Source: Ascidiella aspersa
Taxonomy: Eukaryota
Direction of reading: 5' to 3'
NCBI GenBank assembly: GCA_963924565.1
Contig: OZ004608.1
Location: 7,936,001-8,000,000 of the forward strand
Length of the DNA stretch: 64,000 nucleotides
Shown: positions 12,130 to 24,200 of the stretch, piece by piece
How positions within the stretch are numbered: the first letter of the stretch is position 1
Layout: every line of letters begins with the position of its first letter
The notes under the pieces: model-generated
Databases searched by the model: none
What the model was told of the DNA's origin: nothing
The model's input: only the letters and a program-made list of their open reading frames with translations
Translations under genes and position numbers: made by a program

Positions 12130-15100
12130 GTTAATTTTATTTCAATGTTTTTCTTGTTGATATCCAGCTTCCAGCCTCAACTTGATAGAAATGCAGCAAA
12201 ATTCATCACCCTTTTTAAAAACAAAGCAATTGTTGCATTTTTATAAAAACTGATACCATACAGTGACTTACATTTTCGTTAACAATACATACCGTTCCAT
12301 TTGCGGAATCTTTTTCATGAATTAACAGCCACAAAAATACTGCTTATTTTAAAAATACCTACAGTCCTACAATCTGTAAAAAAGCAGAATTAAACCTGAA
12401 TGGAAAACATTTGTTAAGTACCTGCAAAGAAAAGAAAAGTTAAAAATGCCGTCACTTTAACCGGTCAAAGGCTTCCTGAATCTCTCTGACAAGTCTGACA
12501 ACTCGATTGGCAGCCGACATCCAATAGAATACAAACCATTATAACTTACCAGGTGTCAAGCCAAACAGTATTGGCAGTTTTTTTAGCTACAAAAATATAA
12601 ATATCATAATCACCTTGGCTGGGATCAATGAGTGTGAATTGTGACTTTTTCTCTTGGAAGCGTCGATCCCTTCAGTTGATGCTCTGCATACATACGAATT
12701 GTTAATTGAGGACGTGTGAAAAGCAGGGAAGTATAGTTGGTGTACAGGGGAGGATAAAGGGAAAGCAAAAACGACTGTATTTCTTGCCTATTTTAGCTAT
12801 GTAAATGCAAAATTTTAAATAACCGCATGTTTCTATGATACAAAGTAAACCAACTGTGTGGCCTTGCCTTAAGCGTGTAACAAATTTGTCATGCCTCTAA
12901 AGCAAAAATCCTCGATCCGCGTCAGATGGTATAAAATGTTTTAGTGCGTTTTTTTCTGACGAATTAAGTTCTCTTTTTAAACGCTACCAGTTACCTTGCA
13001 TCAACGAATAAATATAGCTTACCGGATTTCCCGCGTAAAATTCAAGGCGCAAAGTTGAGGAGATCCGTTAGCGGCGGTAAGGAGTCTTCTTTCTGCAAAA
13101 CAAAATCGTACGAATTTATTTCCTGAGTGTTTATTTAAAATGACACAACGCACTCACTTTAATTTAAGTTTCAATCTTCTTCTTGGTTCTTTCGGAGTCT
13201 TCTCTTTGCTTCGTGATTGGTGTCTTGGCTTCTTCCCTATTTTCCTTACTTCAGGCGCAAGTTTATCGTTATGAACGCAAAGGCGAAATTCGTAAAGCGA
13301 ATGCGTTTGCAAATAAATGTACAAACCCACCTTTCATGGAATCGTCAATCGTCTCATCGGGAAACACATTTGGTTTATTTTTGGTTCAGGTCAAATCGGT
13401 TTATGAATAACTAAATATTAGAAACCCATGAAACTAGCAATTACAGTGCGCTTACTACACTTCTAACCCACTACAGTGAAATATAAAAAAACGGGAGAAC
13501 AAAACGTCAAAAGTTTAGAGCTTAGCATCCCTAAATTTAGTCGATTCTGATCCTGAACCAAAAATAAATTTTAACTTGAAAATAACATCACAAAAATGGC
13601 TGTAGCGTGTTACTGACATTTACAAAAAAAAAAAAAAAAAACCTAATCAAATCGGTTTTAATTTTAATAAAAAAAAAAAAGTGTTACACCCAATTAGAGT
13701 CCAAAAAAATCCCCAATTGCGGCTGTTTTTGCGTTCTACAGATGTCAACTTCGATTGTGTGGTTAAATATAATAAAACATACACAGGTACTTCAAACAAT
13801 GAACGGTCGCGTCCGCTCGCATACGTTCAATTTGCGAGATCAAACCGCATAACGTCCGTTACATTATAGCCACGAAACCTATCTTAAAGTTACAAAAAAC
13901 CGTCGAGTTTAGCGTGCCGAATACGTCATTAGTAACGTAGGCATCTGCGTCGTGTTATTGTAAAATCGCTAAAAACGGCCACCAACGTTTTGGCAGCAGG
14001 CGTCGCGATACTAACAGGTTATTAACCTGTCAATAGCAAAAATTGCGCGCTTAAAATAAAATAAAAAACACTGACAATAGAAGTTGACGAGCTCGCTACA
14101 GCCATTCACACACATTTACGTCACTTGGATTTATATGCAGCTAGACATTGGGGAGTTGTAGTCCATTTAGATGTGGAAGAAGGCGATGATGGAAAGGCGT
14201 GTTAAGTTGATGGAGGGATTCTGCCTAAGAATGCGGTATTTTGATATGCAAGGGTTTTATTGCAATCATTTGGGCCCGTAAATAATTACAAATTAGACCA
14301 AGTGAAAACGTTTTTTGTTTCAATACTTTTTGCTTCAATACTAAAACCATTTATCAATACAATTATTAAATCGTACCTAAAAAAACACCTTGCTAATGAA
14401 GTACCGACCTTGCGTGATGTTCGGCGTCCGAGACAAGTAATAGGTCCAGGAAGCGACGCTGATGTGGGTCCCCGTCGTCCATTCGCTGACATTCCTCGCC
14501 TAAAAAGAACATAGTAAGGAATTGAAATTGTGTTCTGGGCCGGCCATTTTCAAACTGCCTTATTAAACTGCATAAAATAGGACTAATACGTAAAACAGGA
14601 CCAATATTTATTTGTCGCTACTGTTACACCATATTAACCCAGTAAGGCGTTAATATAAATATCTATTTAAAAAGCAATATTATTGTAAATTTAAAGTAAG
14701 GCCATTTTGATTGATGCTCGTAACATCTACAAACTACCCAAGACGATAAATTGACTTAAGCCAGTCTTTTTACAAGCTTACCTAAGGGTCCGAGTCCAAT
14801 TTGAGTTCCTCTCTTCTGCGACGTATTCCCTTCTTCCTGAAGAAAGGAATTGGGGGTTAAGCATTTTTTTAGGCTGAGTTATGGGACAGGCGTGAAATTT
14901 GACTCTGCAATTTATGTCGAAATAAGAAAGTAACCTGAAAAAGTTAAGCTTGTCAGGCCACACGTTTTACTATTCGTTGTCCTGTATTAAATTTGGCTTA
15001 CAAACTTAAACGACCCCAAACTAAAAAAAACGATTTTTGTTGTCGCGTTACTGCGCCATATAAAATTGATTTAATGAGTAAAACTAGAAATGAAGGGTTG

Positions 15101-15530
15101 TTATTTATACCACAAACCACAATTATGCTGTAAATGCACCGAAATGAGACTGATTGCAGTTTTTTTAGCCCGTATAGCTCGGTACAGCCCTACAACTATT
15201 TGTTATTATACATTGGTTTGGGTTGTCGCTTGGGTTCGGGCGAAGGTGTTACTAAATTTATGAATATAAGCTAACACGTCTAAATAACTTTGGTCGCCAG
15301 GCAATTTCTCTTGTGATCAATGCTCATATAAATTTTAATCTGCTTTTTTGCCCAGTAAACGCCTTTCTTTTAGTTTTCAACCTAATAATGACCTTTTACC
15401 GGTTAAATTTCTAAAAAGTTAAGAATCACTAATCATAACAAACTTACCTCAAACGCCGGTCTTGTTTTTTTCGTCTTCATTCCTGGAGTCTTCCTCGTCC
15501 CAAATCCCCCGATGAATCTTCGATAAAATA
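12130..15530 (-). ncRNA. Putative multi-exon lncRNA or short-ORF orphan gene
   Basis: A series of purine/GC-richer blocks bounded by minus-strand splice signals: 15480-15448, 14836-14782, 14499-14409/14405, 14224-14120, 13410-13331, about 13248-13158, 13092-13023, plus unresolved signals at 12290-12690. A minus-strand AATAAA lies near 12140. The best spliced ORF is under 90 aa and stops in exon 4. Confidence 0.38.
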
Positions 15531-18113
15531 AATACGTTCAGGCATACTTTCGAAATACTCCACAAATAGTCGCAGATGTGCCGATAAGGTTACACGCCAT
15601 GATAAAATGTTACAGAACATACATATGACCGGGATAAAAGAATGAAATATACTCTAATAATAAACTAACTCTACTGTAGGTAAACTTAAATCACATAAAT
15701 AGGCACCAGATGCTGCACAGTAATAAGAAAACCGTAATCTAACAACATAATATCATGATCTTAAGACTTGATCAAACTACATCTTTACTAAATTAACTAC
15801 AATTTGACTAAATTTACAGCTCACTTTGTTAGGATTCTGTTCATATAAATTGTACACGCTCGCCGCGCTTAACAATTTAAAAGCACACTTTTCTTGAAGT
15901 AAGATCAACTTTCATTTCCCCAGGAGTTTTTCCCGCCAATCAAATCACATTCCAAGGCGTTTCAAAGGTAACCGGCCTAAAGTGAGGTTCAATAATAATT
16001 TTTTTTACTTGTTAATTTTTTCTTTTGAATTAAGTGATTTTATTCATAGCGCTTTTATTTTTATTCTAGACTATAATTTCATAAAGCCCATGATATATTA
16101 TTTTGATCATAATTTTTCATGTTTCCTTTGTTTTGAATAATCAAGTTCGATGGAAAAAAATTCATATCTGGCCCACGATCGCTCGTACAGTTGTCTGATT
16201 CAAGGCTTTAAACAAAACAATATTTTACAAGATTTGATTTGTAGCTTATACGTCAATTTTCAACCCTTTATCAACTCGGTTAGACCCTTTTCAGCAGAAA
16301 CTCACAGATATTTCCTTTATCTGGAGAAAAGTACACCTCAGCTCTATTTTGAGTGGATGTAAAACAAAAAAAACTTGAAGACCGAAATTTGATAATTTAT
16401 GAAGACGGTCATTTTTGCATTTATGTAGGTATTAAGATATTTTTAAAACCAGCTATTTTTCGGATTATTTTAACTCCCAAAACTGACTATAATGGTGTAT
16501 CATGTCACAACTAGGTTCAGTTTAAAACTAAAAAAATAAAGATTGTATTCTTCATATACTTTCAAATAGGCCTTTTTACGAAAAACTTTACGGATTTCTA
16601 TTTCATAAATTTGTTATTGCACGAAAAAAATTACAACTCTCTTATACTACCACACAATAGTTTAAGTTATATTCTTTGTCAATTTTTTGTTTGACCGATT
16701 ATTATATTTATGTCCCCTTTTTATACTTCTTTCGTTTCTGCTTCTGCTGCCTAGGTATTTATCTTTGTTCAATTTCAAATAAAATGCTAAAAGTATTGAC
16801 TTCTTCGTTCCATTAACGCAGCCAAGGTATAATCACATTGTGTTTAAAAGCTCAGAAAAATACATTTAGGAAAGTTGTATTTAAGCTTTTGTCTGTTCAC
16901 GCTATTTACATCAGGAAAAGAAACAAATAATTCAGAGTGAAAAGGCGCAAAGCGAAAGGACAAGAAGCAAAGCAATGCTAAAATCTTGAAAACGCACTTC
17001 AGCACTCACATTGCTTGAAACTGATAAAATTACAGCGTTAAAATTGCGACCAATAATAGTATTTTAACATGTTATTAATCATGACAATTCCTAATATATC
17101 GTTTTTCTAAAATTATTGTTCAGCGGATGAAAGTCGGTGTACAAAGATTTGCGCCCACTGCGTAAACATATGACGTTTTACAATTTCACCTAACCAATGC
17201 CAAACATGTAATACAGGAAGCATTTTGTCTAATTTAGTAAAATCCAATCATTCATCACAAATGCACTGCATAAAATTGGCAAACGTAAAAAAACTTTTGC
17301 AATTCAAACAATTAAGCTTTCTACAACAGGAACATAAAACACTCTGTCACTACTGCAAAAAATCTTCCGGTTCTTTCGTCTAAGAAAACTCTTCTATTTT
17401 AAATTTGCAAATGTGATTTACTTTTGGGAGACGCGCTAGAAATAGTATTCTTTCTACAATAGATCAATACACATAATATGACCATTCCAGTCGTTGTCAG
17501 ACTAGTTTATTTTAAATTGAATGTTTATGAGATTATATAGTCCCAACGTTAGCAAATACTTAAAGACAATGTTCCGAAAAAAAATAGTTTAACTGCAGAA
17601 CTCGAAAGAAGACAGCCAAACATTCTATAAAGCGCTCTAAACAGAAATAAATGTTGCAATGAAATGGCATCAAGAGTCTCCTTCTTACAAATGAATTTAA
17701 TCGGATTCAAGTTCAGCACAAAGATATAAACTGATTAGTAGTATTAGTCGTAGCATTAATTCGGGCAGTGGCGCACCCTGTATACAGCACACGTTCATTC
17801 GAATATTAAAATACCAACACAAACAGGGCCCCAGCTTTTCTTACGACGGTGCTTCCCCCATAGGGGGCATTAGACAAGGAAGCGAAAAAAAAAACATTTT
17901 AAAAGAACAATTTTACTCGAGCACAAGGAAAAGCAAAAAAGGGGAAAGCGCATCTCTTTTTTTTCGCGAAAGCTAAAATCACACGGAAACAAGATTTACT
18001 GCGGCGCCGAAATTAGCTCGAAGCGCGTCTCTAGTATCCCTCCGCGCAACGACGCGATCCCGCGGAAGGATACGAAAATGAGCGGATGAATCCGAGACGT
18101 GGTGTAGCGACGT

Positions 18114-18203
18114 TTATTGATCCTCGTCGTTTTGAAACTTGCCAGCTTCCCAACGCATTGCAAGGTTGCTCTTCCGGCGTGGCACGCGGTTAGCCATCAC
18201 CAC
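18114..18203 (-). CDS. Terminal coding exon of the AKAP2/MISP-like gene
   Basis: tttcccacag acceptor; encodes VVMANRVPRRKSNLAMRWEAGKFQNDEDQ*, which resembles the AKAP2 C-terminus (RRKSALALRWEAGIY followed by an acidic tail). Confidence 0.9.
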   Translation of the reverse strand: MVMANRVPRRKSNLAMRWEAGKFQNDEDQ

Positions 18204-21200
18204 CTGTGGGAAATACACACTTTGTTGATGTTTCGAATTGTGCGTTGTTTCTGAAAGCTATAACACTATAACAGCCTAACGCAAGCAGTATAAATGTGCA
18301 GAAATATGAGAACGATGCCGGCCCGATACCACATTATTTTGTAAATTTTAGCCTTGTTTTACGATCCAAGGAAGATAAATAATCTTCCAGACTTCAAAGC
18401 AAATTTCGGCTCAATAACCAGGAAAAACTCATTAGAGCAGTGGTTCTTAAACTGGGGTGTGAGGTTCACAAGGGGGGCGCAATAAATTGAAAAACTGTAG
18501 GAATTATGACTAAACATTAAGGTGAAGTGATATTTCCCTGCTGCTAATACTCCAATTAAACATTTGCTATCCAAAAAACAGTTACATCCTTCGCATTAAT
18601 GCAACTTACCTGGAAATAAATTGCTGTTCTGCTTTATGTTTTTTCTTTTTGAAAGAAGGTGGGGCGCCAGTTTTGTTAAAATTAGAAAAGGGGGGGGGGT
18701 GTCTCAAAATGTTTAAGAACCACTGCATTAGAGCACTTCTCTATTTAGTTAATTTTCTTGACGTTATTTGCTGTCAGATTTTCCGAAAATTTACGGTAAC
18801 AGTAGAGTATTGGTTTCGTACAATATTAAATTGTCGCCATTTTGATTTTTTTTTTCATTTTGCGGCGTATTTTATCAAGAATATTTCAAAATGATGGTTA
18901 CTCCAAGAAAAAATTGTCAACTAGCAGAAATGTAAACTGATTAGAACAAGTTTCTCAAATTAAAAGCTTTGGTTGTTCTAAACCTGAAAAATGTCTATTT
19001 TTTATGTATCCATTTCATTGTTTTACTGCGACCATATCTGCAGAAGCTTCCATTTCAAGTTCTACAGAGGTCAGCAAGATTAAAGAACAGCCTCATCTTC
19101 TCGAACTAGAATTTGACAAATATGTAAATTCAAAGGGGGTCAAACTGCATCCGAAAAAACTTTTGTGTCGCAAAAGCACTTTTCGTTTTACTGCAACGCA
19201 CCGTTTTCTTCCTGAAGTTTTCGTTGGTGCTCGTAACAATCTTCTTGGTGGCTTCGTCGGCGAGTTCCTTCAGTTTTTGTTCTCTCATCTTCTGCTCTTC
19301 GTCGGTCGGCGCGTCTGCGTTGCGTCAAAACAAAATGGTTTCAATTAACAACCTGCTTTCACACTAAAAAATATAACCTGTCATCGCGTACACCTTAATA
19401 CGTTTGTCAAATCACCCACATCTGATAAGTCAAATAAACAATTTGTATGTAAGTTCGGAAATCGTTATATTGTTGATGGTAATCTACAAATGGATAATGC
19501 GGTACACAATATACCACTGCGAGTCAAACAAGAATTCAGAAAAATGGTTGCGCTACCGTAAAGCTGAGTATAGCATTGTATTCAAGTTAACTATTATTCG
19601 GTATAGCTTTTTTGATAAGGAAGTATTAGTATTTTTTATTTCAAAATAGGTAACTTGTTAAAAGTGATTTTGATTTTGCAAAACAAAATTGATAATAAAG
19701 AAACAGAGTCAAACTGAATTAATTGCTTTAAGAAAACAATTTGTCATTGTTAGTTAGTAAATCTTTGCAAGTAATTGGAAGCAAGAGTAACTTTTATTGT
19801 TTATTTATTGGGAAATTCACATGAAATTGAAAACACTCAAGGCTAATTTACACTTTTGTCCTTCCATATATTTTACCTCCGTTCTGTCCGTTCTCGACTG
19901 GCTTGGGCGGCTTTCGGTAAACGACCGGTTTCGACTTTGGGGTATTCACCGGAGTTGTGGGTGACATTGGGGCTTTACTGGGGGTCTGGGGCTTGGGTGA
20001 AGTGGGGTAAGTCCCTTCCTCAGTAAGACGATTTTCAGCCAGCTGCTTCAATCTCCATTCCTCTTCACGTTTCTAACAAACAAAAAAGGTTTATATATAA
20101 TCCCAAACAAAAGTTTAACTTGAAGCTTACGGTTATTGTATTGGTTTATTATTATGATTTTTTTTTTGAAAGTAACTACTTTCTTTGATTCAGTAATACA
20201 TCAAGTTAAAGTTGAATAACCTCCTGTCAAAAAAATAATTCCTCAATAACAAATAGTATTCATTAACTATCAAAAAGCTTTACAAGTTAAGGTAATTGTA
20301 TTGGTTTATTAATATATTTCTTAAAGTTGTGTTGAGTTATTACTATCGTTTTTTATTTGTTCGAATGGAGCTTTTTATTTAATCCAGAAATATACCAAGT
20401 TTTGTTTGATAACCAAGTCTCAAACAGTTAATGCTTCTATAAAAAAAAATTATCCAAGCATTTAGAAAGGACAAACGAACTTTTTCGTAAAACATTTTGT
20501 ATCTCAAATTAAAAAAAAATTGAGCTTTTAGCGCACGAAAAGTTGTACTTGATAAATGGTAAATATATCAGCTGCAACTTTCCAGAGACAATAAAGAGGC
20601 TTGTTATATTTTCCCACCTCTGCGTCTTTTATCTCCTGTTCCATTATAGTCTGGAGCCTGCTCTTGCTCGAAAGGATTTCGAATGAAGGTCCGGAGCGTT
20701 GCCTGTTCAGCATCACCGTGGTTTTGGTGACTAAAAAAACAAGTCGAAATCCGATTGAAGAAAAGGCAATTTTAGTCGTTTTACAAAAACTCTACCTGGT
20801 CATGAAGGGAAACTAAAAATACAAATACGCCTATAATTGTGTTTTAAGCAATTTACGTTTGTATTTGATTTTGGAGCATGATGCATGATGGTTGGAAGTT
20901 GTAGTTAAATGCATAATTAATATCAAAGCCCATATGGAAGTTGGTAGCATTTTGTGAATGTTAAGATTTAAAACAAATCTAAAAAAATTTCAACATAATC
21001 AACCTAACGAGGTATTCGAAACGCTCGCCAAATGCTGTCAACTTATGTATGGGGCTATGGGCGTTGATATTTAATCTGCTTATTTACAGGAACATCAGTA
21101 CATATTTGTTTAGGTACAACAGAAACCACTACAAATATTAATTTGAACTTATTGCGGCTTTTGTGTCGCTTTCATTTTGGTGCGAAATGAAATCTCCCAA

Positions 21201-24200
21201 AATGTATAGTCCACAGCTTCAAAACGGTCATTCGACAAAGTTAAGATTAACTACTTAAGAAGTAACCTACCCCAGGTACACATTCATTTATACACATAAG
21301 AAAGCGCATTACAACCAACGAAATATTATGTTGGAATTATCGTGGCTTGTATTTTGCTTTAATTAATGCGATAGGTTCCCAAGACATATAGTCCAGAGTT
21401 CAAATCGCCATACAAGCAAGTCGAAATCAACTCTAAAATCAACCTACCCCCTTTTATTTTGCCTTTGATTTATGCGAATACTGTCAAAATACATATTTCA
21501 TAGACTTAAAAATATAATCCGTAGAGTTTTGATTTAAGCTGCCAAAATATAGTCCACAGAGTTTAAACTGCTATTCGAGAACAACTACCCAAGATGCAAC
21601 CTACCACCAGGTCCTAAATCTTGCTCAACGGAATCTCCGTTCTGCTCCCTAGGAGAGGTGGGTTGCTCTTTAGGAGAAGTGGGAGGCTCCTTGGGAGAGG
21701 TGGGAGCCTCCTTGGGAGAAGTTGGAGCCTCCTGCTCCTTAACAGCAACATTTGTTGGAGAGGGCGGCGTGATCTTCGTCTGCTTCGTCTCCTTGACGCC
21801 GTTAATCTTAATCGGCGATTCGGAGTGGGCGGATGTGATGGTGAAGGGTTTCTGAAAAACAATGACGTTTTAAACAAATTGCAAAGCCAAAAAGGTCGAG
21901 CAGATCGACATCACCGACACCTTTTTGGCTTTGCATTTGATTATCAAGCTACATTACACATTCGTGCATAGTTTACCCAATGATGCTTTAGCTATAGTTT
22001 TGTTTTAAACCGATGATGGCAAAATTTATTCCCAGAACGTTTGAAAACAGAAATACATTTAGATTTAATCGTTCGTTTTTTTATTGTTATTAAAATAGCG
22101 TTTTAAACTCGCCAAAATTAAGTCGATTATGCTACGTTTTGCGCCTCAAAACATCGCCCGGAAATGCAATGCTCATAGTACCAGTTTTAAAATGCTATAA
22201 GAAAATATCGACGGACTTTCTAAACTACTGTACTTTATTCGGCCAATTGACAATTTAAGAAAAACTAATGGACCAAAAACGACAAAATTGAAACAGACCC
22301 ACCGCTAAAAAATACTTATTTGTGTATTTAAGGTACACCAATGAAGCAGATTGTTCGTAAAAATACCAGTTATAATAAGATGAGACCTTAAGCGAAAAGA
22401 ATAGGTTGTCAACGCTCTGAACAATCCTTCGTAGTTTGATAAATGATCGGGATTTCGATTGTTTCTATTTTTTGCATGCTTTAATTTGCTCTAAAAAGCT
22501 ATATTATACAAGTCTATTACTTTGAAACTTGCTGGCACACTTACCGATTCGAAATGCGTCGTCGGTTTGGGACTGACTGGGCTCACCATAGAGTGCTTAC
22601 TCGTCCAGCCCTTTGGTGACATCACCATAGGAAGGCTCGACACGCGAGGGCTCTCCTGAGTCAATACGTTTTCGGTTATGCAATGGAGTAAATAAACCGA
22701 ACACAAATATGCAGATTGAGCTCTCTAAGGCGTTTAGCCAAGTTTAGTAAGCTCCCACAGTAATGCAATAAACACAAGTTGAAAAATAACCTTTCAGGCG
22801 GTGTATGTTTTAGATTTGTATATCGTTGTACTTAAGTCAATAAATTACTAGACAGAAATAACTTGTGACTTGACAAAGGACTTGATTTTAGAGGTACTAG
22901 GAAAACGACTTGGACTGCAATAATATCCGAAATGGTCAGAGGATGTGGTTATCTGTGTTTTTTTCAGAAATGCGTTTGCAGAATTTGTTACGTTTGAAAA
23001 GACGACTTTACAAGTTTGCTATATTTATTTTACCTTTCTTTACCTTTTAACGTGGCAATTTACATTTAATTTATTTGAATCAGAATATCTCGATGTAAAA
23101 AATTACCTTAACGCGTTACTTTCAAAACAATGTCGTAGACTTGCTTTTTTCTAAGTTGGAACGAACGATATTATACAAGTGACGTGAAAAAGTGACGTAA
23201 TAACAATATTAGAGCCCATAGAGAAGCAGGTATGACTTTGAACGTTTCGAATAACTCTTTATTCATTTCAAGATAGTGAGAAGTCACTGGTTCAATATAC
23301 ATACTTACAATCGTTGCCTTCTCACTGTGTTGAAAATGAATAAAGAGTTGTTAGAAACGTTTCAAATGCTACCAACTTCAGTATGGGCTTTGATATTCTT
23401 ACTACGTCTTAATAGAACCTCAAGCAATTGTCTTAGGATTTTTAGTAAGTCTAATCGTTCAAAATGCTACGTTGATATTCTTACTACAACCTCCAACATT
23501 ATGCACGAAAGTTTCAAGTGACTTTATAGTAAAACAGCAATCGCGAACCAACCTTGGACGCTTGCGACTCCCTGTCTTCCTGAGAGGTCACGGACAGCTC
23601 GGAGGACGCATAATCGTCGTCATGGGCAAAGGGAGCCGGCGGCGGATGCAGGGAGGACTTTATTTTATCCTCCTCAGAAGAGGGCGATGTTACTCCTGAG
23701 CTTCTTCCGGCCGCCAAACCTCCGGAAGCGTTGCATTCGATCCCGGAGTCGGCGCCGCCGTCCGCCACCTCCGCCTCCAGAGTGACGCGCTTGTCTTCGT
23801 CATCACTTGTTACGTCACGGCTAATAAAGGCCAGATCGAGGTTGGGCATTGTCTGGGCGCGCTCCTTGAAGATGGGAACGATCCGTTCCTCCTCGACCAC
23901 CACGGAATCGGACTTGGTTAGTGTCCTGATGGAGGAGAAGAAGAATAAAACTTTGAGTTAGTTTAGGGAGGTGAAAGGAAGGTATTGCCAATTTTTAAGA
24001 TTAAGATGTTACTATTGCACGAGATTAAGCTATAATGTATTTTCACATGCGCTTTGAAAATTATTTTTTAAATCTTAATATGCGTAATCAATATTCCTTC
24101 GATGTAAAAGATAATTTTTTTTAATTCAGGTCTAAAATAATGCTTAAACTATTTTATTTATATATTTTGATGCAGAACAATTCCCAGTCTGCCGACAACA

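Noticed and set aside
14430-14460. RRFLDLLL resembling the CYP4 FLDLLL motif
   Set aside because: No other P450 motifs (I-helix, ExxR, heme Cys) occur in neighbouring exons; likely chance.
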